Assembly (NCBI GenBank): GCA_963848135.1
Contig: CAWKCK010000004.1
Location: forward strand, 124,001-188,000
Direction of reading: 5' to 3'
Origin: an uncultured delta proteobacterium
GTDB lineage: Bacteria > Desulfobacterota > Desulfobacteria > Desulfobacterales > SG8-13
DNA length: 64,000 nucleotides
Shown: piece by piece, positions 30,530 to 40,786 of the stretch
Numbering within the stretch: the first letter of the stretch is position 1
Layout of the letters: each line of letters begins with the position of its first letter
Notes under the pieces: generated by a model
Seen by the model: only the letters and a program-made list of their open reading frames with translations
Told to the model about the DNA's origin: nothing
Database searches by the model: none
Made by a program: the position numbers and the translations under genes

Positions 30530-30545
30530 TGGTATGTCTCTTGCA
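30530..30545 (+). promoter_or_regulatory. Sigma54 promoter of the flgF operon
   Basis: TGGTATG-TCTC-TTGCA. Confidence 0.75.
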
Positions 30546-30596
30546 GAATAAAAATATGAAAAGATCAACCTCCACAAAATTAAACAGGAGAAACCG

Positions 30597-31352
30597 ATGA
30601 GCGGTTCGATCTACATGGCCACTTCCGGCGCGATTTACTGCGAGCAGCGGCTGGATATTCTTTCCAACAATTTGGCCAATATCAACACCACGGGTTTCAA
30701 AGAAGAAAAACCCTATTTCCGCGTAACCGAGGCACCGCCGGAGGTGACGGAGGGGTTGCTGGAAAACACTCTATCGGGCGAAGAACCGACATCACCATTG
30801 TGGCAGGTACTGGAAAGTCAGACCGTATTTACTCAGGGGGGCTTGCGGGCTACCGGTAGCCCCCTCGATGTGGCGCTGGACGGCAAGGGATTTTTCAGCA
30901 TTCAGACGCCTGAAGGGGTGCGCTACACCCGTAACGGCAGTTTCACCCGCAACGCAGATGGTGAGCTCACGACCCACGAGGGTTTGCCGGTTCTCGGTGA
31001 AAGCGGCCCGATACAAATCGACGAAGGCAGTCGTATCACTGTCGGTGAAGGTGGCAACATATCGGTGAACGGTGTCCAGGTCGGAACGCTGCGCATTGTC
31101 GCGTTCGATCAGCCCAGTCAGCTGGTGCGGCTCAGCAACGGCCTCTTTGCCCCGCCGGATCTCGGGGCCCAGGAAACCACACCGGATAACGTCAAGGTTC
31201 ACCAGGGACACTTGGAACTGTCTAATGTTGAGGCCGTGCGGACGATGACAGAGATCATCGAAGTGCTCAGGGGCTACGAATCATATCAAAAAGTGATTCA
31301 GCAAATCGATGAGACGCAGGCCAAGGCGATAAATGATGTGGGGCAGGTTTAG
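30597..31352 (+). CDS. flgF: Rod protein FlgF
   Basis: LDILSNNLANINTTGFK, DVALDGKGFF, YTRNGSF, LELSNV. Confidence 0.92.
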   Translation: MSGSIYMATSGAIYCEQRLDILSNNLANINTTGFKEEKPYFRVTEAPPEVTEGLLENTLSGEEPTSPLWQVLESQTVFTQGGLRATGSPLDVALDGKGFFSIQTPEGVRYTRNGSFTRNADGELTTHEGLPVLGESGPIQIDEGSRITVGEGGNISVNGVQVGTLRIVAFDQPSQLVRLSNGLFAPPDLGAQETTPDNVKVHQGHLELSNVEAVRTMTEIIEVLRGYESYQKVIQQIDETQAKAINDVGQV

Positions 31353-31497
31353 GTTGAGCGGTTTCCCGCTCAGGCGGGATTAACGGTTCCCGGTTGAAGG
31401 ACAGTTACCATTGATTTTTCATATGAAACGTAACGGCACCGGACCCAATAGAGAGGTCATCTTGAGAGGCACTATCCGAAGTATTAAGGCATTAAGA

Positions 31498-31630
31498 AAT
31501 GCCAAATGCCAAGCACCAAATTCCAATGAAATCCCAAATGACAATATCCAATGACCCAGGAAGTCATGTCATTTTGAAAATTAGTCATTGTGATTTGTTT
31601 GATATTTGTAATTTGCGATTTGGAATTTTT
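31498..31630. repeat. Inverted array of degenerate heptamers (CCAAAT-like / ATTTGG-like)
   Basis: aaatgccaaatgccaagcaccaaattccaa ... gatttgtttgatatttgtaatttgcgatttggaattt. Confidence 0.65.
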
Positions 31631-31744
31631 CACGGAAACTTAATCGTTTCCACTTCGCTTAAACCGGATGCTTGCGGTCAGAGGCAACCCTGAACCCGCC
31701 AAATGCGGGTAAGCCTTGGACCCTGAACCTTCATGGGAGGTCAT

Positions 31745-32533
31745 ATGATCAGAAGTTTATGGACGGCCGCAACGGGTATGCAGGCCCAGACACTCAATAT
31801 CGATGTGATTTCCAACAATCTTGCCAATGTCAGCACCTCGGGTTTCAAAAAGAGCCGCGCGGAATTTCAGGATCTTCTCTATGAGACCCTGCGTCCTGCG
31901 GGGGTGGCGTCTTCGGAGACATCCGAGGTGCCGGTCGGCATCCAGGTGGGGCACGGCACCCGGCCGTCGGCGGTTAACCGGATTTTTATCCAGGGCGATT
32001 TTCAGCAAACCAAAAACGAGCTCGATCTGGCCATCGAAGGTGACGGTTTTTACCAGATCATCCAGGCCAACGGCGATACCGCCTACACCCGTGACGGCAG
32101 TTTCAAGCTCGACAACCAGAGGCGCATTGTCAACTCCGACGGCTTTCTGCTCGAACCGGAAATAACGGTACCGAACAACACCATCGCCATATCGATTGCC
32201 ATCGATGGCACCGTTTCCGTGCTGCAGTCCGGCCAAGCCGAGCCGACGGAAATCGGTACGATCCAACTGGCGCGCTTCGTGAACCCGGCCGGACTGCACA
32301 GCATCGGTCGAAATCTTTATATACCCACCGCTGCTTCCGGTGACGAGATTCTCGGAACCGCGGGGGAAGACGGTTTCGGGACCATCGCCCAAGGGTACCT
32401 GGAAGGCTCAAACGTGAGCGTGGTGGAAGAGATGGTCAACATGATTGTCGCCCAGCGTGCCTATGAAACCAACAGCAAAGTCATTCAGGCTTCCGACGAG
32501 ATGTTGCAAATGGCCAATAACGTTGTGAGATAA
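31745..32533 (+). CDS. flgG: Distal rod protein FlgG
   Basis: [39 protein letters not shown]. Confidence 0.97.
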   Translation: MIRSLWTAATGMQAQTLNIDVISNNLANVSTSGFKKSRAEFQDLLYETLRPAGVASSETSEVPVGIQVGHGTRPSAVNRIFIQGDFQQTKNELDLAIEGDGFYQIIQANGDTAYTRDGSFKLDNQRRIVNSDGFLLEPEITVPNNTIAISIAIDGTVSVLQSGQAEPTEIGTIQLARFVNPAGLHSIGRNLYIPTAASGDEILGTAGEDGFGTIAQGYLEGSNVSVVEEMVNMIVAQRAYETNSKVIQASDEMLQMANNVVR

Positions 32534-32537
32534 GGAT

Positions 32538-33614
32538 ATGATGAACCGCACTATTGAACGAAACCGATTCGCCCGGGTATTTCACAAAACCAGAGCCACC
32601 CTGAAACGTTTTCATGAAACCCTGAGGTTAGGGAGGTGGAATTTTTCATTGTCGGCAGTGGCGACTGCAGCCCTGGTTCTCATTCTTTTCAGCTATGCTG
32701 ATGTGGTCCCGGCTGCTGAAACCTCGATTCGGCTTGTGGAAAAAGCCGTGGTTGAGGGCCCTGAAATTCATTTAAGGGATATTGGCCGGATCAGCAGCGC
32801 CGACCCCCGCTTGGGACAGAAACTCGACGATCTGGTTGTCGCCAAAGCCCCGCAGCCGGGTCAATCGCGTCATATTAGCTCGGATTACCTGCGATTGCGT
32901 TTAAAGCAGATGGATCTGGCGCCGGAGACAATCGTATTGACCGGATCAGATCAGGTCCAGGTGTCAAGGGATAGCATCGAGGTCAGCGAAAAAGAGATCG
33001 CAAAAATCGTCGATGATTTTATACGCACAAATCGGATCTGGGGCGATGCTGCAGTCACAGTAAAAAATCTTCAAGTCAGTGCCGACCGGGCGCTGCCGAA
33101 GGGGAGCACCACTTACCGGATTGTGCCGCCTGACCACATGCGCTCACTGTCGACGCTGCCATTGGCCATCGTTTTCGATGTTGACGGCAGTTTTCAAAAA
33201 ACCATCCGGGCCAATGTGAAAATCGAGGCCATGGCCCCTGTGGTCATCACGGCAAAGCCCATTGGGCGTCTGAAACCGATTACAGAAGATGACCTCAAAA
33301 TACAAGTGACCGACCTGGCCGGTTTGCCCACGGGTGTCATCACAGAAATCGATGACATCATCGGCAAGCGCGCGCGGCGTAATATTCAGGCCGGCGAATT
33401 TCTGCGGTCCGATTTGATCGAAATGCCGCCTCTGGTTAAGCGCGGGGACATGGTGGTGATCGTGGCAGAAACTGAAGGCCTTAAAGTGACGGCTATTGGC
33501 GAAGTGAAGTCAGCCGGTCGTCTCGGAGAGCGGGTCAAAGTCGTCAACCTCGATTCTGACAAGCGTCTTTCCGCCCGGGTACTGGACAACAAGACCGTCA
33601 AAGTAGAGTTTTAG
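32538..33614 (+). CDS. flgA: P-ring chaperone FlgA
   Basis: Signal-like segment; SAF domain; PPLVKRGDMVVI...GRLGERVKVVNLDS. Confidence 0.9.
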   Translation: MMNRTIERNRFARVFHKTRATLKRFHETLRLGRWNFSLSAVATAALVLILFSYADVVPAAETSIRLVEKAVVEGPEIHLRDIGRISSADPRLGQKLDDLVVAKAPQPGQSRHISSDYLRLRLKQMDLAPETIVLTGSDQVQVSRDSIEVSEKEIAKIVDDFIRTNRIWGDAAVTVKNLQVSADRALPKGSTTYRIVPPDHMRSLSTLPLAIVFDVDGSFQKTIRANVKIEAMAPVVITAKPIGRLKPITEDDLKIQVTDLAGLPTGVITEIDDIIGKRARRNIQAGEFLRSDLIEMPPLVKRGDMVVIVAETEGLKVTAIGEVKSAGRLGERVKVVNLDSDKRLSARVLDNKTVKVEF

Positions 33615-33680
33615 ATTTGAATTCACTGCTGCACTCTGCTGCAAGAAATTCAAATATTGGTGGATAGAAAGGGGAACGAG

Positions 33681-34445
33681 ATGAGACCTATTGAAAATAT
33701 AAATACCCTGGCGACAGTTCTTTCAGTTGTGATCGCCGTGGGCATGATCGGGTGTTCAGCCGGATCCCCGAATGTCTTCAAAAATAATGCTTCCGCACAG
33801 GCGACGGTGCAACCGTCGGTGCCCGCACCCCAAACGGTTGCAGTGAGACCGCCGCAGGAAGAGAACGGGTCTCTGTGGCGAGACGATGGGGTGTTCAGCG
33901 ACATGTTCGATTTGCCCAAGGCACGCCAGGTGGGCGACATCGTCACCATCAAAGTCGTCGAGTCATCCAAGGCCACCAATCGCGCCAACACCCTGACCGA
34001 GCGAGATTCGAGTCTCTCGGCCCGAATCGACGCTTTTCTGGGGCTTGAAAAGCAATACCTCGATCCCAACAATCCCGGTTTCCAAGCCGGCCGCAATTTC
34101 AATCCCTTCGGGGAGATCAAGGGTGGCATGGAATCCAAATTCGACGGTAGCGGCGCAACCAGCCGCAGTGGTGATCTGACCGCCTATATTACAGCCAGAG
34201 TCACCGAAGTGCTGCCATACGGTAACATGAAGATTGAAGGCTCCCGGCAAATCGAGGTCAACAACGAGAAGCAATACATCACCCTTTCGGGTGTTATCCG
34301 TACCCGGGATATCAAGGCCGATAACATAATTCTGTCTACATATATGTCAGATGCGCGGATTACTTACTCCGGTATGGGTGTTGTCGATCAGCGTCAGCGG
34401 CCGGGTTGGTTTGCCAATCTGATGAACCAGATTTGGCCGTTTTAA
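33681..34445 (+). CDS. flgH: L-ring lipoprotein FlgH
   Basis: Lipobox MIGC; KARQVGDIVTI; ITARVTEVLPYGNMKIEG. Confidence 0.95.
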   Translation: MRPIENINTLATVLSVVIAVGMIGCSAGSPNVFKNNASAQATVQPSVPAPQTVAVRPPQEENGSLWRDDGVFSDMFDLPKARQVGDIVTIKVVESSKATNRANTLTERDSSLSARIDAFLGLEKQYLDPNNPGFQAGRNFNPFGEIKGGMESKFDGSGATSRSGDLTAYITARVTEVLPYGNMKIEGSRQIEVNNEKQYITLSGVIRTRDIKADNIILSTYMSDARITYSGMGVVDQRQRPGWFANLMNQIWPF

Positions 34446-34512
34446 CGTGGAAATTATTTCAATTTTCCACATATAAAAAGGCAATTGCGCTACCTGCGAA
34501 CGTTTCCGGGAG

Positions 34513-35673
34513 ATGATGCTGGCGGGGCATCGGTCTTCGAAACCGAAGGGAGAAATTATCAAAACCATCAGTAAGTTAACGATCTTTTTGTTCGCCTTTT
34601 GCCTGATGCTAATCTGGCAGACACCGGTTCAGGCGGTGCGCATCAAGGATCTGGTGGATATCAAGGGGGCTCGCCGCAACCAACTCGTCGGATACGGATT
34701 GGTGGTCGGTCTCTTCGGTACGGGCGACGGCAAAAATTCCGTTTTTACTTCCCAATCCCTGGCAGCACTTCTGGATAAAATGGGTGTTACGGTCGATCCG
34801 GAGCAGCTCAAAGGCGACAATGTGGCCGCCGTTATGGTCACGGCCGACTTGCCGCCCTTTGCAAGGGTCGGCAGCGAGATCGACGTACTGGTGAGTTCGA
34901 TTGGCGGCGCCGAGAGCTTACAGGGCGGCACCTTATTGTTGACCCCCTTACGTGGGGCAGACAACCAGGTATACGCCGTTGCTCAGGGACCGGTCAGCAC
35001 CGGCAGTTATGCCTACAGGGGTGCTTCCGCCGGTGTGGCCAAGAACTTTCCCACCGTTGGCCGCGTGGTTGATGGTGCCCTGGTGGAAAGGGAAATCTCT
35101 GCCTCCATAGCGTTCAACCAGAAGGAACGGCTAAGCCTGGCTCTGCGGGCACCTGATTTTACTACTGCATCGCGGATGGCGGCAGCAATCAACATGGCCG
35201 TATTCAACGGCACGGCATCGACGCCTGATGGCGGAACGGTTAATGTCATCATTCCCAACACGTATCAGGACAACGTTGTTGCTTTCGTCTCCATGATCGA
35301 AAGACTGGAGGTGACCCCGGACGTGGAATCGAAAGTGATTATCAATGAACGCACCGGTACGGTTGTCATGGGTGAATCTGTAAGGATCAATAAAGTGGCC
35401 ATTGCTCACGGAAACTTGAGCATTCAGATCAGCCAGATAAACAACGTTTCGCAGCCGCTGCCTTTTTCTGATGGCCGGACGGTGAGCTCGCCCGAAACGA
35501 ACTTGACAGTCCAGGAGGGTCAAAGCCCAATATTTCTGGTGGATCCGGGGGTCAGCATTGGTGATGTGGTGCGGGCGCTGAATGCTCTCGGTGTTTCTCC
35601 CCGCGATTTGATTGCCATCTTTCAAGCCCTAAAGGCCGCCGGTGCTTTGCAGGCCAAGCTGGAAATAATCTAA
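34513..35673 (+). CDS. flgI: P-ring protein FlgI (start uncertain)
   Basis: RIKDL...NQLVGYGLVVGLFGTGD; QALKAAGALQA. Confidence 0.95.
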   Translation: MMLAGHRSSKPKGEIIKTISKLTIFLFAFCLMLIWQTPVQAVRIKDLVDIKGARRNQLVGYGLVVGLFGTGDGKNSVFTSQSLAALLDKMGVTVDPEQLKGDNVAAVMVTADLPPFARVGSEIDVLVSSIGGAESLQGGTLLLTPLRGADNQVYAVAQGPVSTGSYAYRGASAGVAKNFPTVGRVVDGALVEREISASIAFNQKERLSLALRAPDFTTASRMAAAINMAVFNGTASTPDGGTVNVIIPNTYQDNVVAFVSMIERLEVTPDVESKVIINERTGTVVMGESVRINKVAIAHGNLSIQISQINNVSQPLPFSDGRTVSSPETNLTVQEGQSPIFLVDPGVSIGDVVRALNALGVSPRDLIAIFQALKAAGALQAKLEII

Positions 35674-35758
35674 TGTCCATCCTTAAACGAAAAAAATCCT
35701 CATTTATGAATTGGACATTACAGAGTGTGATCAAACCTTTGAAAATGGTAACTATCTA

Positions 35759-36163
35759 ATGACCGATATTAACTTTCTCATGGGAGCTGTAAGGCAGGGT
35801 TCTTTCGCAGGGCAAATGCGCCCATCTGCTGCCAAAACAAATGGCGTGTCCGATGAAAGCAACCAGCAGGCCAGGCAAGCCTGTGCCGAATTCGAAGCAC
35901 TGTTTATCAATATGATGCTCAAGGAGTTGCGGGCCACGGTCAACAAATCCGGTTTTATGGACGGCGGTAAGGCCGAGGAGCTTTACACCGGCCTGATGGA
36001 TACCCAAATCTCCCGCGACCTGGCGGACCAGGGCGGCATCGGGCTCGCGGAAATGCTCTCCCGGCAAATGGCGGAGAAAAACGAGGCCCGGCAGCCGGCG
36101 CCCGACGAAAAACCCGTTGCCGGTGCGCCAAAAAACGGGCAGGTACACAAAGTAGAAAAATAA
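35759..36163 (+). CDS. flgJ: FlgJ (rod-binding domain only, no muramidase domain)
   Basis: ACAEFEALFINMMLKELRAT...GIGLAEML; ~134 aa. Confidence 0.88.
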   Translation: MTDINFLMGAVRQGSFAGQMRPSAAKTNGVSDESNQQARQACAEFEALFINMMLKELRATVNKSGFMDGGKAEELYTGLMDTQISRDLADQGGIGLAEMLSRQMAEKNEARQPAPDEKPVAGAPKNGQVHKVEK

Positions 36164-36373
36164 TCATTCCGCAAACAACGATTAGGACAACAATCATTTG
36201 CAAAAATGTATAGTGCCGCAGGCCGAGTGGTTTTCATTTGCCGCCCTTCTCAGCGGCAAATGAAAAGAGGCCTATTTCTCTGCGTTCCCTGAACCTCGAG
36301 TGAAGCGGGCGATTAGATTATCAATATTTATCAGATATTGTCCTTAGATAGGACCAGAGACGGACATCGAACC

Positions 36374-36401
36374 TAAAGTTTATGCGGATTTGAGCCGATA
36401 A
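36374..36401 (+). promoter_or_regulatory. Sigma28 promoter of flgM
   Basis: TAAAGTTT-N12-GCCGATAA. Confidence 0.75.
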
Positions 36402-36460
36402 CCCGAGTGAATCGCCGGCACTTTAACCGGTAGAATGTAATACAATATTGGAAAAGAATC

Positions 36461-36769
36461 ATGGAAATAAGAGACAAACAAGCAACCACCGGCATGCTCC
36501 CTTATATAAATTCGGTGAACGAATCCAGAACGGCAGAGAGAAAGGCGGCGCGGGAGTTGTCGGACAATACGGACAAGGACAAGGTTATTCTGTCGCCTGG
36601 TGCCCGGGAGGTGCAGGAGGCCTTGCGCCGGGTTGCCGACGAACCCGACATTCGAACCGAAAAAGTGTCTGCTCTCAAAGAACAGGTCCAGAGCGGGGTG
36701 TATCATTTTGACGGCCGCAAAATTGCCATGAAAATGATAACAGAACACCTAATCGACCAAGTGCTTTAA
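36461..36769 (+). CDS. flgM: Anti-sigma28 factor FlgM
   Basis: DKVILS...PDIRTEKVSALKEQVQSGVY...KIAMKM. Confidence 0.92.
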   Translation: MEIRDKQATTGMLPYINSVNESRTAERKAARELSDNTDKDKVILSPGAREVQEALRRVADEPDIRTEKVSALKEQVQSGVYHFDGRKIAMKMITEHLIDQVL

Positions 36770-36929
36770 GTTACGGCACCGATGGGCAGCTCTTCATTAA
36801 TAATCATTTGAGGGGAAATTATTCGAATTCTACCGTGCGAAAAAATCTCTGTGATCTCAGTGGCCATAGTGATCATGAATTAATTCGAATGGAAACGGGT
36901 AGTAAGCGCATTATTTAATAAAATCCACA

Positions 36930-37469
36930 ATGCTTCATTGTATGGGGACCATCCCATTGAATAAAGACTATCATGAAATATTCGATCGCCTGCTTCTATC
37001 AATTGAAGAGGCCGATCATCTCTATGGTTCACTTCTGGATGCGCTCGAGCATGAGAAAGCCGCGTTGGCATCTGCCAATCTGCCCGAATTTATGATCGCC
37101 AGCGAACAGAAAGAGACCATACTCAACCATCTGCAGGAATTGGAATATCGGCGGAGGCGTCAGACCGCCCAATTGGGTGATGCCTTGGGACTGGCGAGCG
37201 GTGAAGTGACGCTCCGACGCCTGACCCGCTACCTCGAGGGAAAAGACGCCGCGAAACTACTCACCAGCGGTGAGAAACTGGCCAAAACCCTGGCGCGCAT
37301 CCGTGAGTCGAATCGGATCAACCGACGGTTGATCCGTGGCTCTTTAGGTTTTGTCAGGGATTCTCTCCAGATGCTTCAGAATCTTAAACGACCGTCTTCG
37401 ACGTACCACAGAAACGGTCAAATGACACATGGCACCTGCAGAGGAACGATTCTGGCTGGGGAAATTTAA
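36930..37469 (+). CDS. flgN: Chaperone FlgN (start uncertain)
   Basis: LEHEKAAL...NRINRRLI...TYHRNG; between flgM and flgK. Confidence 0.85.
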   Translation: MLHCMGTIPLNKDYHEIFDRLLLSIEEADHLYGSLLDALEHEKAALASANLPEFMIASEQKETILNHLQELEYRRRRQTAQLGDALGLASGEVTLRRLTRYLEGKDAAKLLTSGEKLAKTLARIRESNRINRRLIRGSLGFVRDSLQMLQNLKRPSSTYHRNGQMTHGTCRGTILAGEI

Positions 37470-37495
37470 TTTTCACAACAAGTTAGGTTTTTATC

Positions 37496-38888
37496 ATGCC
37501 AAATATTATCGGCCTCCTCGATCTCGGTAGAAACGCGCTCTTGACTCACCAGCGGGCGATTCACACCACGGGCCACAATATCGCCAATGTCAACACACCC
37601 GGGTATACCCGTCAACGGGTCAATTTGGCAGCCAATGCACCGATGGATTTTTCGCCGGGTCAAATGGGCAACGGTGTTGTCCCAACAGAGGTGCAAAGGA
37701 TTTACGATCGTTATGTCACCGATCAGATTAACGCCGAGCAGCACGAACTTGGCCGTTGGGAGACCCAGCGAAGTGCTATGGAAAGGGTCGAGCTCTCCTT
37801 CGACGAAACAGCCGGTTTCAGTTTGAATTTTGCAATGACCGAATTTTGGAATGCTTGGCAGGATCTTTCAAACAATCCGGAAGGACATGCCGAACGGGTG
37901 TCCTTGATATCCAAAAGTGACGCCATGGCAACAGCATTCAATCATATTTCGAAAGATTTGCAGCAGCAACAGCGCGATATCGATTCCGGGATTCAGGTCA
38001 CCGTCGGAGAAATCAACGCCCTATCGGCGGAGATCGCTCAACTCAACCAGAAAATCAGTGAAGTCGAAACCGGCGGACAGAACGCCAATGACCTGCGCGA
38101 CCGTAGAGATCTTGTTGGTGAACCATATTTCCGAGATGATCGATGTCAACGCATACGAAGACGGCCAGGGGAGAGTAAGTGTATCTGTCGCCGACGGGCG
38201 GCCGCTGGTTGAGGGCCCCCACGTGTGGAATCTGGCAACCCAGCCCAATGCCACCGGGCATCTTGACGTCGTCTGGACCGATTCGAGCGGCAGCACGGTC
38301 GATATTTCCGCAAACATCCGCGGAGGGAAACTGAAAGGCTGGCTCGAGGTGCGCGATGTTGTTATTCCGGACTATCTCACGCGACTTGACGCATTGGCCA
38401 ATGGTATTATCACGGAGGTCAACAACCTTCACACCGGTGGTTTTGACCTGAGTGCCATTGCCGGTGAAGCCTTTTTTACCGGCACCACCGCATTTGATAT
38501 TGGCGTTAACGCCAACATAGTGTCCGATCCCAATCGTATAGCCGCGTCTTCGACCGCCGCCGGCGTGCCTGGTGACAATTCCAATGCTATCAATATCGCC
38601 GCTCTGCAGTATGCGGCCATAATGGGCGGCGGTACGGCGACATACGATGATTATTATCGGTCCCTGGTCACCGATGTTGGTAACCAGGTCCAATCTGCCG
38701 GCAGCTACGCCGATCATCAGGCGGTCATGGTAACGAGCTTGGAGAATTATCGCGAATCGATTTCAGGCGTGTCGTTGGACGAGGAAATGCTCAACCTGAT
38801 CAAGTTCCAGCACGCTTACGATGCAGCGGCAAAACTGGTGTCGACCGTGGATGAGATGATCGACACGGTCATGAATATGACCCGGTGA
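37496..38888 (+). CDS. flgK: Hook-associated protein FlgK (one extra base near 38112)
   Basis: TGHNIANVNTPGYTRQ...ANDLRDRRD, then in the shifted frame SISGVSLDEEMLNLIKFQHAY; span 1393 nt. Confidence 0.93.
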
Positions 38889-39011
38889 TGGCGTTCGATT
38901 AAGTTCAATATCTGCGTTGCTGCTCATTTCGCTGTCGTTGCAGCGTACAGGTAGTACGCTTCACGACGCGGCATTCGCGCGCCTTGATCTTGAAATTAAT
39001 AGAACGCCATC
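38887..39011 (-). repeat. Palindromic intergenic element (AAGGC/central hairpin/AACGCAG type)
   Basis: Arms GATGGCGTTCGATTAAGTTCAA / TTGAAATTAATAGAACGCCATC; minus-strand interior CAAGGCG...GCGTACTACCTGTACGC...CAACGCAG. Confidence 0.8.
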
Positions 39012-39195
39012 CCAGATATTTATAGTTGATAACATTATTCTGTTTCTTACTGGCCCAATCGGCATAACCGGTAACGGGCTAACTGACAAGACACCACGCA
39101 GAAATCAATCAAATTACTGAAGGACAAGGTGCTAAAACAGGCATTACTTACAGGATAAAAAGAGATTTTGAATTAATTAAAAGGAATATAATTAG

Positions 39196-39324
39196 TTATG
39201 GCGAAGCAGGAAGGCTAAGTTCAAGGCGCCGTGAGTCCTGCCGAATGAGGTGTACATGATTGTACACCGCAATGGGAGCAGGATGAAATGCAACGCAGAA
39301 ATTAACCTTCCTGCTTCGCCATAA
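39196..39324 (+). repeat. Palindromic intergenic element (same type)
   Basis: Arms TTATGGCGAAGCAGGAAGG / CCTTCCTGCTTCGCCATAA; interior CAAGGCG...GTGTACATGATTGTACAC...CAACGCAG. Confidence 0.8.
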
Positions 39325-39333
39325 GGAGTGATT

Positions 39334-40473
39334 ATGCGAATATCGAGCCGAATGATGACCACCAACGTCGCCACCAACCTGTTCCGGCAGGCCGGGGAAA
39401 TACTCGGGGCCCAGAAGAGGGTGGCCTCGGGCAAGCGCATACAGCGGATATCGGACGATCCGATTGCCATGGCGAAAGTGCTCGATTACCGGCGCACTCT
39501 GGCGACGATAGAGCAGTATCAGCAGAATGTCGACCGGGGAAAGATGCGCCTGGAAATGAGCGAGACCATCTTGAACAACGCGTCGGAACTGGTCAATTCC
39601 GCATTCAACATCGCTGTGGAAGCCGCCACCGGCCCCCTGGACACACGGCCGGTCCTGGCCGATGAGGTGCAGAACATCCGCCTTCAACTGACTCAGTTGG
39701 CCAACAGCAAACTGGGGGATTCGCACCTGTACGCCGGTCATAAAACCGATATTGCTCCTTATTCACACAGTTTTGAGATTACCGGCGGTGGGCCCGGTGA
39801 TGTTGTCTTCGGCCTGGCGGCGGATGCCACCGATGTTACCATCGAGATCCGCAATGCCGCCGGTGCTGTCGTGCGAAGCCTATCAATGGGCGACGGGGTC
39901 AGCCCCGGCAGCGGCGGTGCTGCCGGAACCAATACGGTTGCCTGGGACGGACTCGATAGTGGCGGAGCGGCGCTGGCCGACGGCATTTACAGCTTCACGG
40001 TTACCGCTAGTGACGCCGGTGTCGGTGTTGTGGACTATGCAACGTACAATGGGGATACCGGTGACATACGCCTGGTCGTCGGCGACCAGATGAGCGTTAT
40101 TATCAATGCCGACGGAGAAGAGACATTCGGAGACCTGTTCTTGCGGCTCAGCCAGCTTCAGCAGGCCCTGCAGAATCCGGACCCGGTTGCCGGCACGGCC
40201 CAGGCCAGTGCTGTTGTCAATCCACTCGATCAGGCCGCCAAGCGGCTCGAGAACATCCGGTCCGAAGGTGCAGTGATGTTCAAACACCTGGAATTGACGG
40301 AAGACCGTTATGCGGCCTTCAAGCTGAAAAATGAAGATATGCTCGAGAAGACAGAAAATGTCGATATGGCCACGGCCATCGTCGAGCTTCAGACACTGCA
40401 GACGGCCTATGAGACCAGCTTGGCCACGGCAGCAAGGGTGTTGCAGCCGACGCTGCTCGATTTCTTAAGATGA
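39334..40473 (+). CDS. flgL: Hook-associated protein FlgL with an inserted FlgD-Ig-like domain
   Basis: MRISSRM...ASGKRIQRISDDP; C-terminal VDMATAIVEL...LQPTLLDFLR; central WDGLDSGGAALADGIYSFTV. Confidence 0.92.
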   Translation: MRISSRMMTTNVATNLFRQAGEILGAQKRVASGKRIQRISDDPIAMAKVLDYRRTLATIEQYQQNVDRGKMRLEMSETILNNASELVNSAFNIAVEAATGPLDTRPVLADEVQNIRLQLTQLANSKLGDSHLYAGHKTDIAPYSHSFEITGGGPGDVVFGLAADATDVTIEIRNAAGAVVRSLSMGDGVSPGSGGAAGTNTVAWDGLDSGGAALADGIYSFTVTASDAGVGVVDYATYNGDTGDIRLVVGDQMSVIINADGEETFGDLFLRLSQLQQALQNPDPVAGTAQASAVVNPLDQAAKRLENIRSEGAVMFKHLELTEDRYAAFKLKNEDMLEKTENVDMATAIVELQTLQTAYETSLATAARVLQPTLLDFLR

Positions 40474-40617
40474 TATCCGTCAAGCAACGGTATCTTTAGA
40501 TCACAGGCCTGTGTTCTCGGGTTTTTGCAATCCTCGACGTAGCAATTGCTACGCCTCCGGTTGTAAGAACCCTGCGGCCTTCACCTGAACCGAAATCCAC
40601 CCTTTCCTGACGGATAT
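40473..40617 (-). repeat. Palindromic intergenic element (same type)
   Basis: Arms ATATCCGTCA / TGACGGATAT; minus-strand interior GAAGGCC...GCGTAGCAATTGCTACG...AACACAG. Confidence 0.7.
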
Positions 40618-40786
40618 TATATTGAAAACATTGATGAACAATAGGGCGTCAAAAAATACGATGAACACCGGCTCGACATTTGTGAAATCGATGAAAAGGC
40701 GCTGTTTAAATGTAAAAAAAGAGAACTTTGAGTCGAATTTTATAATGGCAATATTGTTTGGAATTCTTAAAATTCATCTTCGGAGA

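Noticed and set aside
21144..38888. Programmed frameshifting or phase variation in fliQ, fliR and flgK
   Set aside because: No long homopolymers or slippery heptamers at the shift sites; sequencing error is simpler.
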